From positions 51,482,801-51,546,800 of the forward strand of contig JAHRHZ010000144.1 of assembly GCA_024137785.1 (NCBI GenBank): 64,000 bases of DNA, written 5' to 3'. The first letter of the stretch is position 1; every line of letters begins with the position of its first letter. The position numbers were made by a program, and so were the translations under genes. The stretch comes from Ginglymostoma cirratum (Eukaryota). This document shows positions 1-12,258 of this stretch, piece after piece. The notes beneath the pieces are model-generated. The model was not told the DNA's origin. It saw nothing but the letters and a program-made list of their open reading frames with translations, and searched no databases.

Positions 1-224
1 CCCAGCTATAGGCACTCAAGCTCAGAGACAAGGCAATGGGGTGCAGGTCAGAACTCATACCAAGTATCCCTTCAGTGAGCTGCTGTGTTTAGCTGTTCAG
101 TCTGTCAATGGAGGAAGTCATTGTTATGGTTGTGTGTTTGCTCAATACAAAGCTATCAATCTCATACCAGGACTGGTAAAATATAATTTGTGGTTATTCA
201 AAGATATATTCCAAAATTGCTAAG

Positions 225-559
225 TAGATAGATTCACTCTAACTTTTCAGCAACCATTAGTACAGAGTAGCTGCAATTACCTCACACTACATGTTACAAA
301 CCAGACTGAAATGACTATTGGTCACATGTTCTGCATCCTTGCTACTTGCTCAGTAGCATTCTCTGTCTTAATGAAATATTATAAAACCATGTGTTCTGAA
401 GGAGATGTCATCACAGTCCTCCAGGCCTGGAGGGTCTACTCCAATGTCCATTCCAGCGCATGCTTATTAGATAAATTCACTCTAAAGTTTAAGCAACCAG
501 TATTACAGAATAGCTGCAATTATCTCACACTACATGCTACAAGTCAGACTGAAATGACT
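225..559. repeat. Imperfect direct repeat, ~92-bp core at 243-bp spacing
   Basis: 225-316 tagatagattcactct...ccagactgaaatgact closely matches 468-559 tagataaattcactct...tcagactgaaatgact. Confidence 0.85.
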
Positions 560-562
560 CGC

Positions 563-880
563 GTGGCATGGTGGCTTAGTGGTTAGCACTGCTACCTCAC
601 AGTACCAGGGACCTGGGCTCAACTCCACCCTTGGGTGACTGTCTGTGTGGAATTTGCACGTTCTCCCCATGTCTGTATGGGTTTCCTCTCCATGCTCCAG
701 TTTCCTCCCACAGTCCAAAGATGTGTAGGCAAGGGGGATTGGCTGTGCTAAATTGCCCATAGTGTTCAGGGATGTGTAGGTTAGGTGGATTATAGGTGAT
801 GGGTCTGGGAGGGATGCTTTGAGGGTTGGTGTGGACTTGTTGGGCTGAAGGGCCTGTTTCCACACTGTAGGGATTCTATA
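563..880 (+). mobile_element. HE1-like tRNA-derived V-SINE
   Basis: A-box TGGCTTAGTGG (572), B-box-like GGGCTCAACTCC (615), V-domain tgtgtggaatttgcacgttctcccc...tttcctcccacagtccaaagatg, CR1-type tail gggcctgtttccacactgtagggattcta. Four more copies in the window. Confidence 0.9.
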
Positions 881-1821
881 ATTATGCAACTCCTTTGGTG
901 TCTCTGCTGCATTGCCTTGTTCTAAATGCCCAGCATCTGCTGCTGACTCACACATACCCATTGAGGTCCAAATATCTTTGTTGGTGCTGGGTGTGGTGCA
1001 AGGATGTGACATTGTACTCTCTGAGGCTCCTGTCTCCTCCTAAATGTTTGATTGACCTCAGGACTGTTGGTGGAAACTGCCAATATTTGATCCATGGGGG
1101 AGAAAAACAAGGAGAATAATTTGAGGTGAGTTCAGAGAGACATGCTCGCCGAAATTACTTGCTGCCACCATTGGGAGACAATCTTAGTGTTTGAACATCC
1201 AGCCTTTCATCATTGAGATTCATCTTCCTCCCTAAATTTGTAAGCCTTTAAAGTCAATAACCAGCAATGCTATGTACTCACCAGCTTCCCCAGTTTCTAA
1301 CACACTCCCAAAACAACTCCACTCCTTACAGCATTATTTACAGGAGACACATATGTGCCCTTGGAATCTGGTCACTCCAGGTCTTTGACCAACTTTGTCT
1401 CACCCAGTGCTTTGATTAAAGTGATTGGCTCAGAGATTCAGTGCCTCCTTCTCCTCCATCTTGCTGAAAATGGCCTTGTTGAAATGGCTATTGGTCCAGA
1501 ACATCTCTTAAGTATAATGTGTTCTCTAGTCCTGCAAATCAAAAAGAGACATTGTCATAAATGTGTTGTGCTGTAATCATGCTTTCAAATATGTGGCCAA
1601 CATAGCCTTTATCAATGTTCAACATTTATCACAGCTCCTTGGCAATTAGCAAGCATTGTTGACCTGAAGCCCCAACTCCCCAAAATCCTGCTTTGAAATG
1701 CAGAGTGGCATGTCTGCTTCATACCACTTTCTACATTTGAGCTAGACACTACAAGGTAACATTTAACCCACATCACACCTTCACATCCTTCAATTTAGGT
1801 CCATCTCCATAATGGTTACAC

Positions 1822-2563
1822 ACTCACCCTGGCAGATTTCAAGAGGTCATTGAGCTTTTGACAGCACTGACCCAAGTTCTCTGGATGACCCATATCTGCT
1901 AACTCCCTCTCCGAACTCCTTCCAGATTGCTCTGGTCTGCATAGGAAGCCTTATGATCCTCTCTGCAGGCATGAGGATGCCCTACCATTGATATATAGCC
2001 CAGAGGAAGTCTTGTGGAGAGTCATCACCAAATTGTGGTGCTGTCTTTGTTCAGGGCCAATCAGTAGCTGCTCCATTTTCTCCTCAACCTATGGAGAGAC
2101 AAGGAGAATAAAAGGTTCTATTTTGCATCTTTTCCTACACACCGGTTATTCATAAGAGGTACAGGTCAGGTGTATTAAAATGTTCTTTCCTCTCTGGAAA
2201 GGATCCTGAATAATTCACGACTAGCACAATAGTCATCAATGTTTAATAACAATCTCTTACCTGCTGCTGCTACTGCTCCTATAAGTCAAGGGAATTTGAA
2301 TTTAAGTTATCTATCTGTATCTTCAGCTTTCCAAGAGTCAACTGTTCTGCAGTTGTCTTATTCCTGCAACAGGGTGCTATTGAATGGGTAATGTTAACTC
2401 CCTCGGTAGATGATGAATACTGCGTGATGCCCACTATTGCTAGCTAATGTTAGCTGGTTTCCCACTGGGGAGTTGTCAACAAAACGCTTCATCTAGTGTT
2501 TTTAAAAGGAGTTGACCTCCAGGTTGGAACCCTGCCCACTGCCAAAATGCATAAAATTAACCC
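1822..2563 (-). mobile_element. Decayed Harbinger/PIF-type DNA transposon, Myb/SANT accessory-gene exon
   Basis: With two frameshifts, the minus strand at ~1950-1828 reads QTRAIWKEFGEGVSRYG/IQRTWV/QCCQKLNDLLKSAR, followed by a GTGAGT donor. This is a Myb/SANT-like W...RTWxQCxxKxNDL pattern. Element extent is uncertain. Confidence 0.55.
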
Positions 2564-4424
2564 TTTTATTTGGAACTGACATTTTGCATGAGATGCAAAA
2601 TGATATCACCTCCTGATATCCTATCATTTCCCTGTAATTTTATTACAACTTCACAATCTAACTTGTCTCAGTGTTTTAACCTGTGGTAGTGTTTGATTTA
2701 AACTATGTTATTGATGATTGATGCTGTATTAATTGATGTCAAAATTTGTTTGAGAATCAATGTTCTATGAAGAGAGCAACTGGCGTATTATGTGCATTAA
2801 TCCGCATTGATACTACATTGCCATCGTAACCTCCATCATGTACTGTGTGCAGAATATTTGTATCCCTTATAATGCTGACCATGGCGTATCTGCAGAATAT
2901 GGTACACGTCATAAGTTATACACTGTTATCCAACCCTTGAAGACCTTATGCTTTCCAAACTATTTTTGCAAAAAAAAATTGATGATAAAAACCTTAAGGG
3001 TTGTTATAATTTTCTGTGTGGGTTTTCGCCATCTGTTGTAATTCTCACTTTCAGGTTATAAGACAGTTTTTCCTTTAAACAGAATGAGGATATAGATATA
3101 GAAAACATTATTTAACTTAGGCAAGATTATTCCTGAAGTATATTCTCTGTCCCACCCATGTATGTGTCATGCTGATTTCAATACAATTATTTTAATTTAC
3201 AGTACATTTCATTAATATTTATTTGTAAATAGCTTTCTTTTAAACACAATTCTTATACAAATGCATTGATCACAATCATAGCCAATGAAGTCCATTTATT
3301 ATTCATACTGTACTTTCATGCTCTTTAATTAATCCATTTTTATTCTAACTTCCACAAAGTATTTTTTATTGTTACAGTAGCATTCACCATTCTCACAATC
3401 AGGCTTCATTGCTTGCCTCCTTTCCATTGCACTGTGCATTGTGTCATCTTTGCATTTTATACTGATTTGTTGTTTTCCAGTAACTCATCTACAAATTTTT
3501 CTTCATAATGTTGCTATTTTGCAATTGTTTATGGCTGCATCAATTACATGTTTGCTATTATACCAGTTACATTACCTGTTAACTACTTGAGAAGTGTTAA
3601 GTGTTTATGAATCTTTTCTTGTCGGACTCAATTGCTACAAACTATGAATCCCAATGCTTTTGTCAGTGGTTCGGATATGCTTTAAAAATGTAGACTTCTC
3701 TGTTGTATCATTTTTGAAGAAAGAAGAAAGAAGGAAGAAAAATCTCATTGTTCAAATGTTGTATGAGAAGTTGTTATGGCAACACTACTCTATGTTATTG
3801 TTTGCTTTCGTGTTTTCTAAAATATGCCTCTTAAGACAGCACTTGAATCTGACCAAGGTTTACTTTTGTATAGTTTCATAATAGTACACTGACCTGAAGT
3901 CTTTAGGAATTTATCTCGCATTTCCTGTGATTTCTGCTGGTATGTATAATGATGTTTTCTGCATTGAATTTATTTGCTGGTTTTGATTGTATGATGGGAT
4001 TTATTCTTCTTTTACAGTTGTATCCAATTAATGTTTGGAGTTCAGTATTGCCACTTTCGAGGTTGTAAATTTCCTATGTTTCCCGTGTGACTATAATATT
4101 TGCTTTGATTGATTTAGAAATGTTTTGGCTGAAAAATTGTCAAATTAGATATTAAGGACTTAATTAATATCAATTACCTGAACTGTTTTTCTGTTGTTTT
4201 GCACATTATTGTAAGTTGCACTAAATATCAGTGTAATCAAACTAGCAGATAGCTCTCCCAAATTCTATCTCACTCTCAAATGTTTGTTGAACACTTTTTC
4301 AGAACGAAATCTTCATCTATAGTTTTGATAGATCGCTGATAGATGTTATTATATGCTGGGATTGGAAATTTTTAGCAGTGAAACATACATGAGTGAGTTT
4401 GGTGGAGAGGGGCCAATACAGAAT

Positions 4425-5085
4425 TAGGAATACAATACATGGAAACAGGGATTGGGTCATTCAATGGTAGTGGCTATTTTGTCATTCAATGAGATACTGG
4501 CTGATCTGTGGCTCAACTCCATCAACCCAACTTGGCCTCATATCCCTTAACAACTTTGATTGGTAAAACATTATCAATCTTTAAGTTTAAAATAATTAAT
4601 GCAAGAGACATTAATTCCTTTCTTTTTAGATGAGAATATTGCACTTCTACCACACTTTGCATGAACAGTTTCCCTGTTTCTCTCCTTAATCATTTGGCTC
4701 TGATTTTAAGATAAAGTCTCCTTGCCCCCAACATCAACATTTTTTATGAGCATGAAAATGTCTCCCTGTACCTGTCCTATCAATTCCATACAAAATGATT
4801 TAAAAAATCAATAAAATAACTCATTTATCTCTTATATTCCAAGGGATACAAATCTAGGTTATGTAATCCTTCCTCATAATCTAACCCACACAGCCCTGAC
4901 CAATTCTAGTAAATCTGCACCATGTTCCTTCCAAGGCCAAACTGCATGTTCTAAGATGTGGCACACAGTACTGCACACAATATTCCACTTGTGCTCATTC
5001 GAGGGCATTGTATGGCTGCAGATAAACTTTTTGTCCTTTATATTTTAGTCCTAGTCCTCTAGTTTCAAAGGTTATCGACCTTGTA
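4425..5085 (-). mobile_element. Old CR1-group LINE 3' fragment (appears to continue at ~7270-7600)
   Basis: Degenerate reverse-strand CR1 3' end and RT C-terminus; ccttatcaaatgccttctgg (DFQKAFDK motif on the minus strand) at ~7403. Confidence 0.6.
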
Positions 5086-7180
5086 GTGTTTGATTGTACT
5101 TGTTGCATCGTCTATTTGTATGCATGGATTTGCAATTTCTTTGGACCTCCACTGCTCCTAGCTATTCAACATTTGAAAAATATGCTTCACCTGATGGTCC
5201 CTCTAGAGACCACAGTCCTTCACTTTGCAAATATGTATGCTCTTCTGATCAGAGCAAGGCAAATGCACTTCTTTGAAGAAATGTCATGCCTCCTTTGATG
5301 AAGTCCATGTGTTATCCTTAAGGGAGGGTTTGGATTTTAGCTGCACTCTCGAGGAGTGGCATCGTGGCAGTGCCCAGGCCGGTCTAGCCTCGAAGAGGAG
5401 GTTGATGGACTTGGTCAAGTCCTTTGACCTGGCAGCCGTTTGGTGAAATCTCCACACTGGCTCCACTTTTGTGATACCTGGGATTGCAGCATCGAGGATT
5501 AACTGACTGTGCATTTCACGGGTGTAGATTCCCTGCATTCTGGCAGCTTCCATGTAGCAGGTGTCATGCACAGATCACCATGTGGTGCAGGCAAGTCTCA
5601 CTCAGTTCTGTGCCCAGCTAGGATCCGTATACTGGCACTTTAACAATCTGCTGCTGGAGCACAAGTAGTTCCGGGACTTGTTCCACTGGTTCTGGGCTGG
5701 CTGGAGAAGGAAGCAGGGGTCTTCTCCTCCTTGATGAGGTGGCAGGAGATGGGCAAGTCTCATGTCCTTGCCTTTTGTCAGGGGTATATGAAGGAGCGTC
5801 AACAAAGAGGTGGAAATTGAGGATCAAGGAGCTGGAGAAGAGGGCTCTGGACCTGGAGACACAACTCAGTCATATTGACATGGACCCAGCCTGTGGGGAG
5901 ACTATGAAGGAAGATGGGAAGGGGATGCTGAGGGACCCGATCAATGTCTGGAGTAGAGTTGACTTGCACTGGGTCATCCTACCGTCAGTAGTAGCGGCTA
6001 TCATCAGAGATCTCCTGCTCAGGAACCCACACCTCCACCATTGCAGGTTTGAATGGCAGACAGAGGGGAGGGTCTTGGCCATGGGAGTGACCAGAATCGG
6101 GCATGTGCTGGATGGTATAGGCCTGTGCTGGATGTTGGTGCAGCAATTGGGAAATAAGGCAGCAGTGGACATCCAGCCGGCAGCCAATTCCATCCATTGC
6201 CTGAAAATGGCAATGCTCAGACCCGACTTTGTACATCATTTGAAGGATGCTCAGGAGCGTCATGGAATCCCATATGCATGCACCCCTGTTTGGACTGAAT
6301 TTCACTTTGATCCCAGGTTCCTGAACCTCCCTCAGGAGCCTAGGCCCCACAGCCTGACCTGCCTCATAGGAAAGTCCTATGAGTCTTTCTGCCTGGTGTG
6401 GAAATGCTTTTTGTATGGCCTGCTACTGCACACCATTCATTTCGACTCCTTTGTCCACCATCCCTTAGCATATTTATTTACCGCCAGGCAGTGGGATCCC
6501 AAGTGGAGGGCCCTTCCTTTTTCTATCAGGTCCATGAATTAGATGGTGTTGCATGTAACAGTCCCATGTGACCACACATTGCAGCGGTTCCCGGACTCCC
6601 AGCCAAGTGTTTATTTTGCAGCGCTGTGGAGTCCATGTTTGTTGCGGGCAATTGTACCCCCTTTTTAGTCACTTGAAGAATCTTTTGTTATGCTTTTGGT
6701 TGCATTTCAGTCCCACACATTCCTGATCTTTGGGCATCTGGGTTGTGGTCAAGTCAGAGGACCTCTTTGTTTGTCTGCTCCTGCGCCTGGCCAAGGTTTG
6801 GCTTTGAACAGGTGCATGCAGCAGGCTATGGAGGGGGTCATTTCTGCTGACTGTCTGACCGTCTTCCACAGCCAAGTTCGTGCCTGGATTTACTTGGCCA
6901 GAAAGCACACAGTGTCCACCAAAACTTTCAATGCCTTTAAAGAGAAATGTATACTGCAGGGGGTAGAGTGCTTCATCTCCCCTTCCAACTCCATTTTGAT
7001 TTAGCCCTTTCCTACTGTCCCTACCATTTCCTCAGCTTTGATGATTTGCATTGCCCTTAATGGGTTTCAAATGGTGATTCACTGGTAGTTAACGGAGGAA
7101 GGAAAAACATGTGTCATTTGGTGATGAGAGAAAAAGCATTCAGTTGCGTGTAAGAGCACTTCTAGATATAAAATAATAAG
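5086..7180 (+). mobile_element. Tx1/L1-clade LINE remnant: AP-endonuclease fused to the C-terminal domain, RT missing
   Basis: EN motifs LHFANMYA, DFSCTL (GDFN), SRIN (SRID), DHH, YWHFNNLLLE; then ELEKRALDLE directly followed by post-RT IRDLLLRNPHL; Tx1-type C-terminus LIFGH...FISPSNSILI*. Confidence 0.75.
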
Positions 7181-7984
7181 GTACATCTGGGGTATGGGTC
7201 TGCAGAACTGTCTGTCCTGAGCTGGGACTAGTCCATGTATGCCACAAGTAGTGGCTCTTTTGGGTTCAACAATAGATGTTGTTCCTTTCCAATTGGGCTT
7301 CCTGAGTTATTACAACTACCTAATCAATCTCCTAACCAGACCAATAATGTGCGTCCACTTCTGTGAATTTTACTTTAGCTGATTTTAATCTCTTAAATGG
7401 AACCTTATCAAATGCCTTCTGGAATTCCATATGATAACAGACCTATAGAAATCCCCTAACTATTTCTTTAGATTTCTTTAGTTACTTCCTCAAATAATTT
7501 GACTTTGTTTTTAGATCTGATCTGCTCTTTACAAATTAATGTGTGCTCTCCCTAATCAGTTCACATTTCCGTAAGTGGTGTTCCCCTGCCTTTAATGATA
7601 GATTTCAATAATTGATAGGTCCGTGATTTCACAACTTCTCTCATTTTCCTTAAGAGGAAATAAAAGCCTAAGTGGATTCATATTCACAATCAACTGAAGA
7701 TGGAAGTCAGTGAGTCAGAATATTTTAAATGTGGCATCTAAGTTTTTTTTTAATCAGAAACTTCTTATTATGACTATTCATTAATGTGACTTCAAAAAGG
7801 TTTATTACAAAACAAAATGTGCTTTATTTATCTATGAATGAAATATAATCATCGTCTTCTTTATGGCCATGAATACTATTGTAACTACAGCAATGGAAAT
7901 AGTGATGCAAACAGTATCATGATATCATGAAACTTCACGCGATATATCTGTCAGCAGAGTGAGCATAAATACTTCACATACAAC

Positions 7985-8225
7985 AGAAACCGAAAAAACT
8001 GGATGCTGTAAATCAGGAACAAAAACAGAAGTTGCTGGAAAAGCTCAGCAGCTCTGGCTGCATCTATGAAGAGAAATCAGAGTTAACATTTTGAGTCCAG
8101 TGACCCTTTCTCAGTTCTGAATAGAAGTTCTGAGGAAAAGTCACTGGACCCGAAATGTTAACTCTGATTTCTCTTCACACATGTTGCCAGATCTGCTGAA
8201 CTTTTCCAGCAACTTCTGTTCATAT
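7985..8225. mobile_element. Penelope-like terminal repeat (family C), inverted pair
   Basis: acagaagttgctggaaaagctcagcag...gagttaacattttgagtccagtgaccc is mirrored by gtcactggacccgaaatgttaactc...cttttccagcaacttctgtt. Confidence 0.8.
8126..8164 (+). ncRNA. Degenerate minimal hammerhead ribozyme motif (family C)
   Basis: AGUU-CUGAGGA-A-AAGUC-ACUG-GACCC-GAAAU-GUU-AACU. Helix I AGUU/AACU is intact; helix II is damaged relative to GGGUC/GACCC in sister copies. Confidence 0.55.
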
Positions 8226-8289
8226 AAAATAGATTTGATTTTAAGCTTTTTAATTTACAGTTCATAAATCTCATCAACAGGTTCAGCCA

Positions 8290-9022
8290 ACTATTATTTG
8301 TTGTCACGTATTGAGATACAGTGAAAAGTATTTTTTTGCATGCTAAAAAGGCAGATTGAACCATACGAAGTGTATCAGGTAGTGAGAACGAAGTGGAGAA
8401 TACAGCCACACAGAAGGTGTAGACAGAGAGATCAACATTGATATTAGAGAGGTCTGTTCAAAATTCTGATAATGGCGGGAAAGAAGCTGTCCTTGAATCT
8501 GCTTGTATGTGTATTCAAATGTTTATATCTTCTGCATGACAGAAGAGTGTGGAAGAGAGTAAAACTGGGGTGGGAGATGTCTTTGATTATGTTGGTTGCT
8601 TCCCTAAGGCAGCAAGAAGTATCAATGGAGTCAATGAATGGAAGGCTGGTTTGAGTGATGTACAGGACTGTGTTCACAACTCTGTAGTTTTTTTGTAGTC
8701 TTAGGAAGAGCAGGCACCACACCATGCTATGATGCATACAGATAGGATGTTTTCTATAGTGCATCTATAAGAAACTGGGAAGGGTCCTTGTGGACTTGCT
8801 GAATTTCCTTATCTTCATGAGAAAGTAAAGACATTGTGCTTTCTTGACTGTCGTGGAACAGGACAGATTTTTGGTGATTATCACTCCTATGAACTTGACG
8901 CTATCAACCATCTTCACCTCAGCACCACTGATGCAGACAAAGGTGTGTCCTCCATTCTGCTTCCTGAAGTCAACGATCAGCTCCTTTGTTTTGCTGACAT
9001 TGATGGAGAGATAGTTGTCTTT
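8290..9022 (-). mobile_element. Rex1/Babar LINE 3' fragment
   Basis: ATNIIKDISHPSFTLFHTLLSCRRYK...RFKDSFFPAIIRILN; near-mirror of the 3' end of the copy at 29572-31151. Confidence 0.85.
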
Positions 9023-11057
9023 AACCTCTGGTTAGTAAGGTAAAAGCGTCATTGTGCATGTGTTTCAAAATATTTGACATAGGAATATCTAGAATTATAG
9101 AACAGCACAATAGAGAAGGAGGTCTTTTGCCCATGAATACTACACAGGCTTTCTCAGAGAGTAATTCCTTCTCTTTTTGCTTTTCCCTGGATTTTTTTGT
9201 TCATTTAGTATTTATGCAATTCGCTTGTGAAGACTACTATCGAATCTGTTTCCATCACCTCATCAGGATGTATTTCCCAAATCATAACCACTGGTTGCAT
9301 GAAATCGTTTTCCCTCTGTAACTTCAGGTTGATTTGTAAGTCAGGTTGAATCTTGACCATTCAGCCACTGGAAACATTTTCTCCTTATTTACTTTTCCAA
9401 AATTTTCATGATTTTAAGCAGTTTGATTTAGATGTTTTTTCAGCCTTCGACATCAGCCATGGCTCAATGGATAGCATTGGTGTGGAAGGTGCTTTATACA
9501 TGTAAACCTTTCTTCATTCTTTGTCCCTTCCCATTTCCTCCCACCCCCTTCTTCTCCTTCCCTTCCTTCATCTCCGCCAACATTCTGGCTACTCATTCCC
9601 TCTTGCAGTTCCCATCACTTTAGTTCTCATTCATTCCCATGCAGGAATGGTTTCCAGTTACCATCATTATGTGATATTTGTTCAAAAGTAGATAGGGGCA
9701 TTTAGTTTAATCTCTGAAGGCCTCAAAGTGTCACCATCACCCTCCACAAAACTTAAACAGAATATTCAGCATAGAGACAGGTTCCTTCTGCTCTTCACAA
9801 GCTTCCCCCTGTTCCTTCTTATCTCATCTTATCAACACACCTTATAGTCCTTTCTTTCTCATGTGTTTATCTAGTTTTCCGTGGAATATATCCATCATAT
9901 TCATTTCAACAACTCCTTGCATTAGTGTCATTTCCTCACAACTCCCTAGGTAAAGGTATTCCTGAAATTCTTATTGTATTTGTTAGTGACAATGAGATTT
10001 TTATGATTCCCAGTTCTGAGCACTCCCCTGCAATTAAAAACATTTTCTCTATCAAAACTGCTCACTGTTGACAGACCACTGACTTGAAATGTTAGCTCTA
10101 TTTCTCTCTTCATGAATGCATGCAAACTTGTTTAGAATTTTCATAATTTTCTATTATTGTTCCAGATTTCCAGAATCTACTGTATTTCCCTTTTGTATGT
10201 ACTTATAACCTTAGTAACCGAAGTCGATAAAACGAGAAGTTCATCCCACTTCTTTTGGAATCTTGAATTTGTGATCGAGATTTTGATCTGCAGATGCCAA
10301 CAAATGGGAAGCATTCTAATTTTTACAGGAAGTGCCCTAGGTTGTTTGGAATACTCTACATTTTAGTATTAGAATCTTTACAGCTATAGCCGTGTAATAT
10401 GCAAGTTTGTCATTCTTCTGGATTTCTTTCTGACCTACATTTTCAAGCCAGAGTTATGCAGAAACACTTAAAACAACAGTAGTGGATAAGAAAAGAATTC
10501 ACATTCTGATCTTGGAAAGTATAGTAATCTTCAGTAATATGTATAAGTTTGCAACCATACTAAGGCATTTTAAATGTGCAACTGCTAATTTTGTAATAAA
10601 AATGTACAACTACTGGGCAGTATGTAAACCAAACAGTAGTGATTGTAATCAGGTGGATCTCATAGGATATGAGTTCCCTGATTGTGTCTGTTAAAATGGT
10701 CCAATCGGAGCCTTGGTTGACACATATAAACAGGAGTGACAGAGGTTCTGTTCACTCTGAGAATTGGCTGTCAGGGAGCTGATCAGTGTCAAGGGCTCCC
10801 CACAATAAATAAAGGGTGACTCAGTGACAGGATACTGGTCTCTGTGGAGTTTTCTCAGTGGCAATGAGAGAAAGGCACACTCTAAAACAATTCACTTGCA
10901 ACGGTCAAGTTGAGGTAAGCATTTCTGGTATCATCAGTCATTTGGGAAGCTTAACTCCTTCAGTCCTGCTGTCAAAGACTGGGCAAATTCTGTGGAAAGT
11001 CTGTGATTTTTTTTTTCTGGGCAAATGACATGGGGCAGATGAAAAGCAACGAAGAAC

Positions 11058-11176
11058 GGTCCCAACCTGAAATGTCAGCTTTCCTGCTCCTCTGGTGCTG
11101 CCTGGCCTGCTGTGTTCCTCCAGCTCCACACTGTGTTATCTCTGACTCTAGCATCTGCAGTTCTTACTATCTCTGA
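11058..11176 (+). mobile_element. Penelope-like terminal fragment (family A) inserted in Gypsy gag
   Basis: gaaatgtcagctttcctgctcctctggtgctgcctggcctgctgtgttcctccagctccacac matches copies at 16885, 28623, 29400, 37471 and 60390. Confidence 0.8.
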
Positions 11177-11884
11177 GTAGCTCTCCTGACAGCTTGTGAA
11201 GTCCGATGAGTCAGTTTGCTTTTGTGAAGATTTTAAACAAAGCTTTCTGCAGCTGGATAAATACACAATCCCTTGCATACAGGATTTAGACGCAAAGCAG
11301 GTGGGGGAGCTGTCCTTCATAAAGCTGGACATGAGGCATGTGTACTTGCAATTGCATTTAGATGAGTATTCCCAGAATTATGCTACAATTATTGTGCATA
11401 AAGGCTTGTACCAAAATACGAGACTCCACTTGGGGCATCGTCAGCCTGTGCAATTTTTCAGCACGCAATGGAAAACATTTTACAAGATCTATCCCAAGTC
11501 GCCATTTATCTAGATGACATGCTAATAACAGGGAAGACCAATAAAGAGCACTTAGAGAACTTAGACATAGTCCTTAGATATTTGTCCCAGGCAGGCGTAC
11601 ATCTTAGAAAGGAAACAATTGTGTTCCTGGAACCCACGTGACCCAGCTGGACTACAGAGTTGACAAGACTGGGTTACAGCTATTGGAAGATAAAGTGAGG
11701 GTGATCAAAGGTGTCCCAGCTCCCACATCTGTATCAGAGGTTACGACTTTCCTTGGGCTGGTGAATTATAATGAAAAGTTCACACATCACCTGGCCTCCA
11801 TCCTGGCACCTTTGCATCAACTCTTAAAAAAGCGGCAGCCTTGGAAATGGTCGCATTTGGGCTCTCCTTAACTCTTCTTAAAAT

Positions 11885-12258
11885 CGGTACATTTAGACAA
11901 TGAAAGCCATCAGTTTAACTGGGACAAGGTAACCATCGTAGCCCACGCCAAACATAGACACGCGCAGGAATTCCTAGAGGCATGGTTCTCCATCCGTAGT
12001 GCAATCAACAAACACCTAGAATTGGACCCCATGTACAGATTGATATGGATCAAAACCAGAAATGTCAGTACTCACCATAACAGACCAGACAGTATAAATT
12101 CCAAGCAGAGTAGAATAACATCGTTTCATTGGAGGCTCCACTGATGATGTCACATAGCATGGTGACAAAATGTCTGAATGAGAACAAGTCAGCTCAGTGA
12201 GCAAGTGAACAATCTCACCTACAACCCGAGGTACAGATTTTTGCCAAGACTTTAGAAT
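11885..12258 (+). mobile_element. Penelope (GIY-YIG) 3' fragment, family B, inserted in Gypsy pol
   Basis: HLDNESHQFNWDKVTIVAHAKHRHAQEFLEAWFS..AINKHLELDPMY, then a decayed hammerhead cactgatgatgtcacatagcatggtgacaaaatgtctg at ~12139. Confidence 0.85.

Noticed and set aside
563-635. tRNA gene
   Set aside because: A and B boxes run into a SINE body; no complete cloverleaf.
530-1012. 160-aa ORF and similar ORFs over HE1 copies
   Set aside because: Antisense translations of a multicopy SINE.
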